A stretch of 63,320 nt of DNA, the filler included, from Octopus bimaculoides (lineage: Eukaryota): NCBI RefSeq assembly GCF_001194135.2. It is 4 parts of 4 records of this genome, joined end to end, with 100 filler letters (N's around TTAATTAATTAA, not from the genome) between each part and the next. Parts side by side here need not be neighbours in the genome. Positions count along the whole stretch, not along the records: positions 22,515 to 46,351 come from NC_068981.1; positions 46,452 to 56,002 come from NC_069005.1; 2 more parts are not named here. One strand, 5' to 3'. The stretch's first letter is position 1. Every line of letters begins with the position of its first letter. Both the position numbers and the translations under genes were made by a program. Of this stretch, positions 38,290-49,299 are shown in pieces. Under the pieces are notes generated by a model that made no database searches, was not told the DNA's origin, and was given only the letters and a program-made list of their open reading frames with translations.

Positions 38290-38945
38290 TCAGTTATTTA
38301 AATTCTTCCTCTGAGGAAGGAGTTCGTTTCTAACGAACACAATGTCACATTTTAAACTAGAAAAAAGTCTGGCATATTTTTACTGCTCTACTTCCAGGTT
38401 ATATTTGTAATGTGCGAGTTAGTTGATTTCTTTTTCTGAAAATCCAGCCTTATGAAAATCCAAATCTTAAGCACTTAGTCACAAAACCAAGTGCACCAGT
38501 TTATTATTGGTATAAATGTAGGGTGGTGAGTTGGCAGAATCATTAGCACGCTGGGCAAAGTACTTTGCGACATTTCGTCTGTCTTAACGTTCTGGGTTCA
38601 AATTCCACCGAGGTCGACTTTGTCTTTTATCCTTTCGGGGAGGCCTTTGGTAGAAAGAATTATTGGTATAAATTTAAATTTGTAATCTGGATATAGAAAC
38701 TGGAAGTTTCAAAGTTATCCGCTTTCTCTTTGATTTTCAAAGAGTTGACCTCTATAACAGTACATACTTTTTTCTGTGAGTATCAAACAACAATATCCGG
38801 CCTGTTATGCTTAAACTTGACAAATGTTTTGATGGAAATATTCCACTAATATCCCTTGCGTTGATGTTTGTATACGTATTCAATAACGGGAAGGGGGGGG
38901 TCCTATATTTATTCCAGGACAATCTTTTTTCCGGATAGCATTGTA
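38290..38945 (-). mobile_element. R4/Dong-like LINE 3' fragment (RLE region), interrupted by a SINE B head at about 38518-38640
   Basis: Minus strand: YNAIRKKDCPGINIGPP, FKHNRPDIVV, VCTVIEV, LYPDYKFKFIPII and KICQTFF*FKM*; homologous to 15130-15590. Confidence 0.75.
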
Positions 38946-40518
38946 TGGATGTATGTATGTACGTATGTATGTAGGTACGTATGCATGTATGTATGTATGT
39001 ATGTATGTATGTATATGTATGTATGTGCATATGTAAGCATGTATATTTGTGTATATGTATGCGTGCATATACGTGTAAGTATGAGTGTATGTGTGTATAT
39101 GTATATGCCTGTGTATGTATGTATGCATGCATGTATGTGTATATGTAAGTGTGTGTATATATGTATGATGTGGGATGTTTTATATGCAAGTATGTCTGTA
39201 TGATGAATGTAGAATGTCTGCATGCATGTAAGNNNNNNNNNNNNNNNNNNNNNNNNNNNNNNNNNNNNNNNNNNNNNNNNNNNNNNNNNNNNNNNNNNNN
39301 NNNNNNNNNNNNNNNNNNNNNNNNNNNNNNNNNNNNNNNNNNNNNNNNNNNNNNNNNNNNNNNNNNNNNNNNNNNNNNNNNNNNNNNNNNNNNNNNNNNN
39401 NNNNNNNNNNNNNNNNNNNNNNNNNNNNNNNNNNNNNNNNNNNNNNNNNNNNNNNNNNNNNNNNNNNNNNNNNNNNNNNNNNNNNNNNNNNNNNNNNNNN
39501 NNNNNNNNNNNNNNNNNNNNNNNNNNNNNNNGTTCGTGTGTGTATGAAAGTTTTTTTTTTTAAATGCATAATAAAAAAATTATCAAAAGCAGGAAAAAGA
39601 AACAACAGCATCAATAACAAAAACAATAGAAGAAGAAGAAGAAGAAGAAGAAGAAGAAGAAGAAGAAGAAGAAGAAGAAGAAGAAGAAGAAGAAGAAGAT
39701 TGTGATGATGATGATGATGATGATGATGGAGAAAGATGGTGAAAGAAGGAACGAAGAAGGATGAAGTAGAATAAAGAAAATGGCTTAAGACTTTAAACAG
39801 AGGAAGCAGCTCGGTCGGATCGAAAGAGAGGCAAAGCAAAGAAGAAGCTATCTTTAATGGGTCACGCAAGAGGATTCAGCATCGGCAAGGAATCAATTAA
39901 GCGTTTCTACTGGTGCTTACCATAGTATCAGTTACATTTAGCGTGTGTAAAAATAATGTATTTCATCACGGGACTCATCAATCTGTCAAAGAACAAATTG
40001 TTTTTCCCTCCTTGCCAGTCATGATAGGCACAAATCCTTCAATTGCCAAACTACTGTCTCTTGCTTATTCAATTTTATTTCTTTGTCCTTCCTTCGCTTT
40101 CACTTCACATGTACATATCTCGGACAGAGTGACTGCGGTTTTAATTTCTCTACCGCCTTTTCTTTACCTGCTTGTCTTACTTTATCATATCTTATCTTAC
40201 CTTATCTTGCCTTAATTTACCAAGTAGGAGCCGTAACTGATTGAGTATTTAGAATATCGAGGTATCGAATTGCTTGCCAAGCTGATACGATGTTAGTTTC
40301 GTACGCACTGACACCGATGTTGCGACGTTGTTCTGTTTCTGATAAACACGCTGAACACTGATCGGTACTCAATTTTTACTAAGCTCTAAGAACCACGAAG
40401 ATATATAATTCATTTCACCGATACAGCGTAGACAGTAAGAGATTGTATAACTTCAAAAGTATTTCTTTGGTTTTGCTGTACTGATTTTTCCTGAGTTCAA
40501 ACTCATCAAGAGGCAGTA

Positions 40519-40754
40519 CTCTTTACTCTCTTTTCTCTTTTACTTGTTTCAGTCATTTGACTATGGCCATGCTGGAGCACCGCCTTTAGTCGAGCAAATC
40601 GACCCCAGGACTTATTCTTTTGAAGCCTAGTACTTATTCTATCGGTCTCTTTCGCCGAACCGCTAAGTTACGGCGACGTAAACACTCCAACATCGGTTGT
40701 CAAGCGATGTTTGGGGGGGGGGACAAAGAGAAACACACAAGCATACACACACAT

Positions 40755-40809
<55 letters not shown>

Positions 40810-41140
40810 NNNNNNNNNNNNNNNNNNNNNNNNNNNNNNNNNNNNNNNNNNNNNNNNNNNNNNNNNNNNNNNNNNNNNNNNNNNNNNNNNNNNNNNNNNN
40901 NNNNNNNNNNNNNNNNNNNNNNNNNNNNNNNNNNNNNNNNNNNNNNNNNNNNNNNNNNNNNNNNNNNNNNNNNNNNNNNNNNNNNNNNNNNTTTCAGTTT
41001 CCGTCTACCAAATCCACTCACAAGGCTTTGGTCGGCCCGAGGCTATAGTAGAAGACATTTGCCCAAGGTGCCACGCAGTGGGACTGAACCCGGAACTATG
41101 TGGTTCGTAAGCAAGCTACTTACCACACACCCACTCCTAC
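40519..41140 (-). mobile_element. SINE family A, full length with gap
   Basis: Both halves present around an N gap in the internal microsatellite. Confidence 0.85.
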
Positions 41141-41189
41141 ACCTATATATAAATGATTATTTTTTTTAATAAAAATTATAAGATATGCA

Positions 41190-41396
41190 ATTCTTTTCTA
41201 CTCAAGGGCCGACATTTTGGGGAGGGAGCCAGTCGATTAGATCGACCCCTTTACGTAACTGATACTTAATTTATCGATCCCGAAAGGATGAAAGGCAAAG
41301 TCGACCTCGGCGGAATTTGAACACAGAACGTAAAGACAGACGAAATACTGCTAAGCATTTCGCCCGGCGGGGTAACGTTTCGGCCAGCTCGCCGCT
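41190..41396 (-). mobile_element. SINE family B
   Basis: Matches 15765-15975. Confidence 0.85.
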
Positions 41397-41430
41397 TTTT
41401 TTTTTTTTTTTTTTTTCTTCAAAAAATGAT

Positions 41431-41481
41431 GAACAACCTTAATCGATTTTCGAACCTTATTAGGTTCTCATCAGAGGCGTC
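41431..41481 (-). ncRNA. Minimal type I hammerhead ribozyme, core intact
   Basis: Minus strand: GACGCCU-CUGAUGA-GAACCU(aaua)AGGUUC-GAAA-AUCGA-UUA/AGGUUGUUC. All conserved core nucleotides are present, stem II is a perfect 6 bp, stem I pairs, and stem III is short and palindromic (AAUCGAUU). Confidence 0.8.
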
Positions 41482-41789
41482 CACATCATTCTGACAGTCT
41501 CCACAAGATATGTAATTCATTTCACCGATACAGTGTAGACAGTAAGGGATTGTGTAACTGAAAAAGTATTTCGTTGGTTTTCTTGTGCAGATTTTTCCTG
41601 AGTTCAAACTCACCACGAGGCAGCAGTAAATATACAAATGACTTTTCATAAATCAAAAATTACTATAAACCAGCATTTTTAGACAAGAAACGATATATCT
41701 CTCAGCTACTTGTCACTGTGAATGCTGGGGAAAGATCCAGTACACTTTACTTTAAGGTAACATGCTTTCGAAAGACAAACAGTAGAATA

Positions 41790-41880
41790 CACTTGCCCAA
41801 GGTGCCACGCAGTGAGACTGAACCCGGAACCATGTGGTTCGTAAGCAAGCTACTTACCACATAGCCACTCCTACGCCTAT
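41790..41880 (-). mobile_element. SINE family A, 5' head fragment
   Basis: cacttgcccaaggtgccacgcagtgagactgaacccggaaccatgtgg..cttaccacatagccactcc. Confidence 0.8.
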
Positions 41881-42522
41881 GCAAATCTTTCAGTCACCTT
41901 ACAATAAATATGAATAATTCTGGGTCAACATGGCAGCCCTTATATAGTTGCTCGACCTGCAGAAATAGCAACCAAATTTTCCTTAGTTTTCTCCATCTGT
42001 CGGCGATGTACGCCAGAGCTCGGAGTCACTGCCAGACTATTTCGGGACGTTAGCCGTCCATATTTTCCAAGGTACAATACGTTTGGCAATAAGACGAGAT
42101 AGTCACGGCTGGAATACCTTTGATTTTACATCTGTTGCTTGATTAGACTTTATGTGGAGTAAAACTGTTACATTAATAACAACAGCGTTAATTTTTCATT
42201 CTATCATTGGTAGAAGACTACGATTATTTAGAAAAAGATGACGTTTAAATATTCGACTAAATCGTTTTCTCAGTACATAAACAGTTAATCCTGAGATGTA
42301 TGGGTGAGCCACTTGGCCCATATATTCATTAGCTTCTAATCAACGCAAAACGGAAAGAGACCGAAAATTTCTGAAATGAAAGCTCCGTCCAAACGTCACT
42401 AATATAATTACGTCATAACCACAATATGGAAAAGTTTAAACTTCTTTGGACTTGTAAATGCTGAAGTCCAATTCATTTTCTTTCTCCCACCTTCTCACAC
42501 TTCTTCTCTCTCTTTCTACCCC

Positions 42523-42568
<46 letters not shown>

Positions 42569-42885
42569 TTCTCTCTGTCACACTCACACACACAACATAC
42601 AGACATACACACACAGCACATGCACACACACACATACACGCGCGCAAACACACACATAATCACGTTGGCCCACATATCTATACGCACATACACACATCAC
42701 AACGATGCACTCATGTACACACAGATAATGATACGCGCGCGCGCGCACACAGACAAACACGCACACACAGAGACAAACATGCGCGCACGCGAGAATGCGT
42801 GTCAGAGACAAAATGAGTAAGGTCAAAAAGACGGAGATGAGAGAATGTGAAGGAAACCGAGAGATACACATATACAAACTATACT

Positions 42886-43270
42886 GTTGTTGGCACTCCG
42901 TCGCTTACGACGTCGAGGGTTCCAGTTGATCCGATCAACGGAACAGCCTGCTCGTGAAATTAACGTGCAAGTGGCTGAGCACTCCACAGACACGTGTACC
43001 CTTAACGTAGTTCTCGGGGATATTCAGCGTAGCACAGTGTGACAAGGCTGACCCTTTGAATTACAGGCACAACAGAAACAGGAAGTAAGAGTGAGAGAAA
43101 GTTGTGGTGAAAGAGTACAGCAGGGTTCGCCACCATCCCCTGTTGGAGCCACGTGGAGCTTTTAGGTGTTTTCGCTCAATAAACACTCACAACGCCCGGT
43201 CTGAGAATCGAAACCGCGATACTATGACCGCGAGTCCGTTGCTCTAACCACTGGGCCATTGCGCCTCCAC
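42886..43270 (-). mobile_element. SINE family C, full length with 13-bp TSD
   Basis: tRNA-like head (tggcccagtggttag..ggtttcgattc) and a (caa)n-like tail. TSD tacaaactatact at 42873-42885 and 43271-43283. Confidence 0.9.
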
Positions 43271-43461
43271 TACAAACTATACTAACACATACACAGATAC
43301 AGAGTTTCAGACACATTCACACATTTATAACCAAAGGTATGTGCGGTCATGTTTTTCAAAAGTAGTGATATATGCAGTCTACCGAACATTTAATAAAGAA
43401 TCTATTTTGCTTTATTACTGAAACTAGCAGAAATATCTAACAATATTATATCTAACAAACG

Positions 43462-44250
43462 AAGGCGGTGAGCTAGCAGAATCGTTAGGCCGCCGGATAA
43501 AACGCTTAGCGGCATTTCGTCTGTCTTTACGCTGTGAATTCAAATTCCGCCGAGGCTGACTTTGCTCTAATCCTCTCGGGGTCGATAAAATAAGGGATCT
43601 ATTTCAAAACGGGGGCACCAGTATTTTCTTAACGAAACACTAACGAAACACTTTGAAACTTGGGACACTGGTAGAATGTGTCATATAAAACATCTTTTAC
43701 TCTTAGTCTTCTTAACAAAAAAACGTACATCGCAAGTTATTCCATGTTAAAGTTGTCGTATTTCTGTAATTTCAACCAATCACTGACGTCTATTCAGCTC
43801 AATAGAGTTACTGCTGGGCGGTCATAAAAATGTTNNNNNNNNNNTTACGCTGTGCGTATCTATGTGTGTAACAATTTTAGAGTTCGGATTCTAGAGTTAG
43901 GGTTAGTTTTAGGGTTAGGGTTAGGGTTAGGGGATTAATACGATATACACCGTTACAGCGCTAACTGTTTTCAACTGAATAGACGTCAGTGATTAGTAGA
44001 AATTATCGAAATAAGACAATTTTTTACATGAAATAAATTCGAATACAAAATTTTTTTCTGTTCTATAACACAAAATAGATAAGTATACGAAGTTTGAAAG
44101 TCTTTCGGTACCAAAAACACTACATAAAACATAAATGAAAACTGGTGCCCCCGTTTTGAAATAGATCCAAAATAAGTACCAGTTGCGCACTGGAGTCGAT
44201 GTAATCGAGTAGCCCCCGCCCCCACTTCCCCGTAATTTCAAGCCTTGTGC
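43462..44250 (+). mobile_element. SINE family B split by the MITE at 43595-44168
   Basis: Removing the MITE and one TSD restores gtcgataaaataagtaccag. Confidence 0.85.
43595..44168. mobile_element. Non-autonomous DNA transposon (MITE), GG..CC ends, Merlin- or Mutator-like
   Basis: Perfect 28-bp TIR ggatctatttcaaaacgggggcaccagt (43595-43622 / 44141-44168). 8-bp TSD aaaataag (43587-43594 / 44169-44176). Confidence 0.9.
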
Positions 44251-44284
44251 TTATAGCAGGCCGAAATATTATACCTAACAACAA

Positions 44285-44515
44285 TGCGGCGAGCTGGCAG
44301 AATCGTTAGCGTGCCGGACAAAATGCTTAACGGCATTTCGTCCGGTTTTACGCGCTGGGCTCAAATTCCGCCGAGGTCTACTTTGCCTGTCATCCTTTCG
44401 GAGTCGATTAAAAAAGTCCCAGTTAAGCACTGGGGATCAATGTAATAGACTTGCCCCCCAATCCGCACACACACACACACACACGATATTGCAAGCCTTG
44501 TGCCAAAATTAGAAG
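44285..44515 (+). mobile_element. SINE family B
   Basis: gcggcgagctggcagaatcgttagc..ctcaaattccgccgagg. Confidence 0.8.
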
Positions 44516-45654
44516 CCAATATTATACCTAACAATAAACGCGGTAGATATAACGAAAAAATATTTAACAGATATTTTCCAAGTATTTTAAAAAAAATGAA
44601 TTTTGTAATCATTTATTTTAAATGAAAACAAATGAAAAGACCAGTAGAGATCGAGAGACAAAAGCAAACAAGGCTATACCGCAATAAATATGAATTTGTT
44701 TTGTAAATGATAGCAGTAAATATTGAATATTTTGTAATTAAAGCGTGAACTTGAATCAATAATAATAATAAAATGAAAAGCCTTCTTTAATTAAAATAAA
44801 TTTTGAATTGTTTTAATTTTTTAAGAATTTTGTAAACAACGGAAATTTTAATAATTGCTTACTTTTAATAAATGTAACAATTTTTAGTAAAAGTTACATA
44901 ATTAACAAGCAGCTCTCTCCATTATAGTTTAGTTATCTTGAAAAGATTCTCAAACGTTTTAAAAGCAGCAAACTTCATTTTTATTAAAATACTCACCGTG
45001 TTTAAAGCTATAGTCTGTTGATATACGTATAACTGTGTCATGTCGCCATTATTTTGTGTTCATAACTTTAATCGTCATTCAGTTACAATAAATTCCTTTC
45101 CGTGAATGTGTCGAGAGTGAGGAATACGATTTTGATTGAAACCCCCGGGTTACTTCAACTGAAATTGATGGTTAAAATTTCATACGGTTACAGTAACACT
45201 ACTGTACACCTTGTAACTATGAAATGGTATTAAGCAGCGTCTTAAGAACAAGGTAACTGACTTGATACTAGTCTTTAGATGTTTGGTTGTACCCGTGGCG
45301 TACACTTTCTTTTGCTTCTAATCACCACGAGTGATTGAAAGAGAGTGAAATTTCTGAAACAAAACCTCCAGATAAATGTCACTGATATTATGACGTCATA
45401 ATCACAATATGAAAAACTTCAAACTTCTTTCTATTACGTGGAAAATGCTTAAATTCAATCTTCTCTGCCCTCTCTCTCTCTCTCTCTCTCTCTTCCCCCT
45501 CTCTCTCTTTCTTTCTTTCTCTCTCTTTCCTTTTTCTCTCTCTCTCACTCTCTCACTATGTATGTATGTATGTACGTATGTACGTATGTACGTATGTATG
45601 TATGTATGTATGTATGTATGTATGTATGTATGTATGTATGTGTGCTTATGTATG

Positions 45655-45985
45655 TTCTTTTCTCTTTTTAACATTTTAAGTTCTTCCCTCGAAGGAGCTG
45701 GTTTCTAACAAAGATACACGGCTCCATCGTTTGAATGTAGATAACGAAAACAATGTCACATTTTAAACCTGAGAAAAGCTTTGCATACTTTTACTGTTCC
45801 GCTTACAGGTTGTATTTGTATGTATGTATGTTCTTTTCTGTTTTTAAGCATTTAAATTCTTCCTTTGAAGATACAAAGCTCGTAGATAAAAGAAACGTAG
45901 ATTGGAACGTAGATAAAGAAACAATGTCACACTTTAAAGCTGGAACAGGTTTCTGCATAGTTTTACTATTCTGCCCAGTTAAAAT
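45655..45985 (-). mobile_element. Two tandem 3'-end fragments of the R4/Dong-like LINE separated by (CATA)n
   Basis: Minus strand: KVCKAFLRFKM* plus 3' UTR, homologous to 15525-15660. A second, more diverged copy lies at about 45826-45985. Confidence 0.7.
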
Positions 45986-46125
45986 TTGCATGCATGCATG
46001 TATGTATGTATTTATGTACGTACGTACGTATGTATGTATGCACGTATGTATGTACGTATTATGTAAGTACGTATGTCTGCATGTATTCATATATGTATGC
46101 ATGTATGTATATATATGTATGTATA

Positions 46126-46351
46126 TACTCTTTTACTCTTTTACTTGTTTCAGTCATTTGACTGCGGCCATGCTGGAGCACCGCCTTTAGTCGTGCAAAT
46201 CGACCCCAGGACTTATTCTTTGTAAGCCTAGTACTTATTGTATCGGTTTCTTTTGCCGAACCGCTAAGTTACGGCGACGTAAACACTCCAACATCGGTTG
46301 TCAAGCGATGTTTGGGGGGGGACAAAGAGAAACACACAAGCATACACACAT
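46126..46351 (-). mobile_element. SINE family A, 3' half, cut by a gap
   Basis: Reverse complement of the family 3' module. Confidence 0.85.
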
Positions 46352-46957
46352 NNNNNNNNNNNNNNNNNNNNNNNNNNNNNNNNNNNNNNNNNNNNTTAAT
46401 TAATTAANNNNNNNNNNNNNNNNNNNNNNNNNNNNNNNNNNNNNNNNNNNNATATATAGCTGAGCTAGCGTATATGAGTATATAATATGTGTAATATGTC
46501 AGGGAATGGAAGAAGTTCAAAGCAAACCAGCGTACAAATATCTACATATCTATTTGCATATATTTGCATAATCACCAATAAAGTTGGTGGCAATAAAGCA
46601 ATAAACAGATAAAATCCACCACATTTACGACATTCTATTGTTATATTGTTGTTGTTATTGTTGTTATGGTTATTGCTGTTGTTATTGGTTGTGGTGGTGG
46701 TCGTGGTGTTGTGCTTTTATCGTATATACATGCATATATCGTCGTGTGAGAGACGTTACTCATAAAGGTAGGCAGTAGGCAGGCGGCAGTGAGACTGTTC
46801 GAGGGCTGCCGTCGGCGCTGCGTTGTGTTCGAATACAAATGTGGAATGGAATCCAGATGGAAACAAATGGTAAGAAAGGATGTGTAGAATCGTGTAGGAA
46901 ATGCAGGGAATATAGGGCGTGGTTGTGTGGTAAGAAGTTGGTGTCTTGTGGGGGTAA

Positions 46958-47196
46958 GAAGGGCGGCGTGCTGGCAGAAACGTTAGCACGCCGGGCGAAA
47001 TGCTTAGCAGTATTTCGTCTGCCGTCACGTTCTGAGTTCAAATTCCGCCGAGGTCGACTTTGCCTTTCATCCTTCCAGGGTCAATAAATTAAGTACCAAT
47101 TACGCACTGGGATCGATGTAATCGAGTTAATCCCTTTGTCTGTCCTTTTCGTCCCCTCTGTGTCTAGCCCCTTGTGGGCAGTAATGAAATAAGAAG
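46958..47196 (+). mobile_element. SINE family B, nearly full length
   Basis: Complete head-to-tail match to the reverse complement of 4670-4906. Confidence 0.9.
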
Positions 47197-47947
47197 NNNN
47201 NNNNNNNNNNNNNNNNNNNNNNNNNNNNNNNNNNNNNNNNNNNNNNNNNNNNNNNNNNNNNNNNNNNNNNNNNNNNNNNNNNNNNNNNNNNNNNNNNNNN
47301 NNNNNNNNNNNNNNNNNNNNNNNNNNNNNNNNNNNNNNNNNNNNNNNNNNNNNNNNNNNNNNNNNNNNNNNNNNNNNNNNNNNNNNNNNNNNNNNNNNNN
47401 NNNNNNNNNNNNNNNNNNNNNNNNNNNNNNNNNNNNNNNNNNNNNNNNNNNNNNNNNNNNNNNNNNNNNNNNNNNNNNNNNNNNNNNNNNNNNNNNNNNN
47501 NNNNNNNNNNNNNNNNNNNNNNNNNNNNNNNNNNNNNNNNNNNNNNNNNNNNNNNNNNNNNNNNNNNNNNNNNNNNNNNNNNNNNNNNNNNNNNNNNNNN
47601 NNNNNNNNNNNNNNNNNNNNNNNNNNNNNNNNNNNNNNNNNNNNNNNNNNNNNNNGTGTACATATATACATTCATACATACATGCATACATACATGCATG
47701 CATACATGCATACATACATACATACATACATACATTTATACATACATACATAATTACATTTATACATACATACATTTATGTATGCATGTATGTATGTATA
47801 AATGCATTTATGTACATACATACATAAATGCATTTATACATACATACATGCATATATAAATGCATACATTCATAAATACATACATAGATGCATACACAAA
47901 CGGATTTACATCATAATTGATCGGGTAACCATCAACAGAATCAACGC

Positions 47948-47992
<45 letters not shown>

Positions 47993-48617
47993 AACACACA
48001 CATACAGATATCTGTGTATGTGTGTGTGTGTATTCATATATATGCGTTGAACCGTTAATCCCTAGACATTTTTATCTCTTTGTTTTTTTGTTTTTTTCTC
48101 TTCCTCAAACCTTTCTTCGAAGATCGTAGGCTCGAAACGGCAAAGAGTTTTGCCTTCTTCCCGAGCGTTAAACTAATACACCTGCTTGTTTTACTTTCAC
48201 CTATCTTTTGTTTTCTGCAAATTTGAAACAAACATATACATATATATATTTACATAAATGTGTGTGTGCGTGTGTGGGGGGTGATGGGTGTGTGTGTGTG
48301 TATGTTTGTGTGTGTAAAGCACATGAACTACATTCTGTAGTCAACATAAATATCTCGAATTAATAACCTAAAGACACCGTTTATTTCTCCAACAAGAAGT
48401 TTCCTGTTGATCGTGTCTCTTATTTTTCAAAATACCTGTTGGACTTTTAAACTGCTTCCGTTTTCTCTGTGTGGTTTCAAATGTTATAGATCATTCTTTC
48501 CCTCGAGTCACTTGTAAACTTTCTGTCGGGAATTAATGTTCCTTCTGCAATGCTATAAGTCGTTCCTATACGTTCGTCTGAATAATCACCAACACACAAA
48601 CACACATCTTGATAGAC

Positions 48618-48654
<37 letters not shown>

Positions 48655-48706
48655 CATACATACATACATACATACATACATACATACATACATAGACAGA
48701 CAGACA

Positions 48707-48770
<64 letters not shown>

Positions 48771-49299
48771 GACATGCAGGTAGGCGGGCAGACAGGGAGA
48801 CAGACAGACAGACAGACAGGCAGACAATCGAGTAGCGCATCTTTTCGTTTGGTTTGATTTGAGGGTTTTTCACCCCACAAAGGCCGCCATTTGCCTTTTG
48901 ATTACCTGGTGTATATTTTTATCAATAAAACAAGTGATCAACACAGAATTTCAGAAAAAGGAAAAGCTATTTCCTCAATATATTCGAATTGTCTTCTTTC
49001 GTAATGAAAGTTGGCATTTGAGCCGTTCTTGTCAACGTCAGCGCATGCTGAAATGATTTGTTTTGTTTTGTTTTCTGTTCGTTTTTCTCTTGCGATCCAC
49101 TGATTTGACATATAGCTATAATTTAACAAAATGGTTGCTGTTAGGGGAAAGACATGTTAGACTGGAATTTCAGAAAGATAAATTGTAGCTTCAAAAGATA
49201 TGAAACTTAACAATCAGCTACATAATTCGTTTTCACGGTGGAGCTCGAAGTTGATAAATCTATAAATAATAGACTATAAATATTGGCATCAAATTTTCA

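Noticed and set aside
43906-43932. TTAGGG repeats as a true telomere or fusion site
   Set aside because: Only a few units, embedded inside a TIR-bounded MITE.
45330-45460. 16-bp palindrome attatgacgtcataat (CRE core)
   Set aside because: The region is homologous to about 42350-42480, so it is part of a dispersed repeat rather than a unique regulatory site.
48105-48240. Hammerhead-like 3' half (GATC-gtag-GCTC-GAAAC-GGC-AAAG) after a T-rich tract
   Set aside because: No CUGANGA-like 5' core can be placed in register. It may be a Penelope pLTR relic but is not supportable as a ribozyme.
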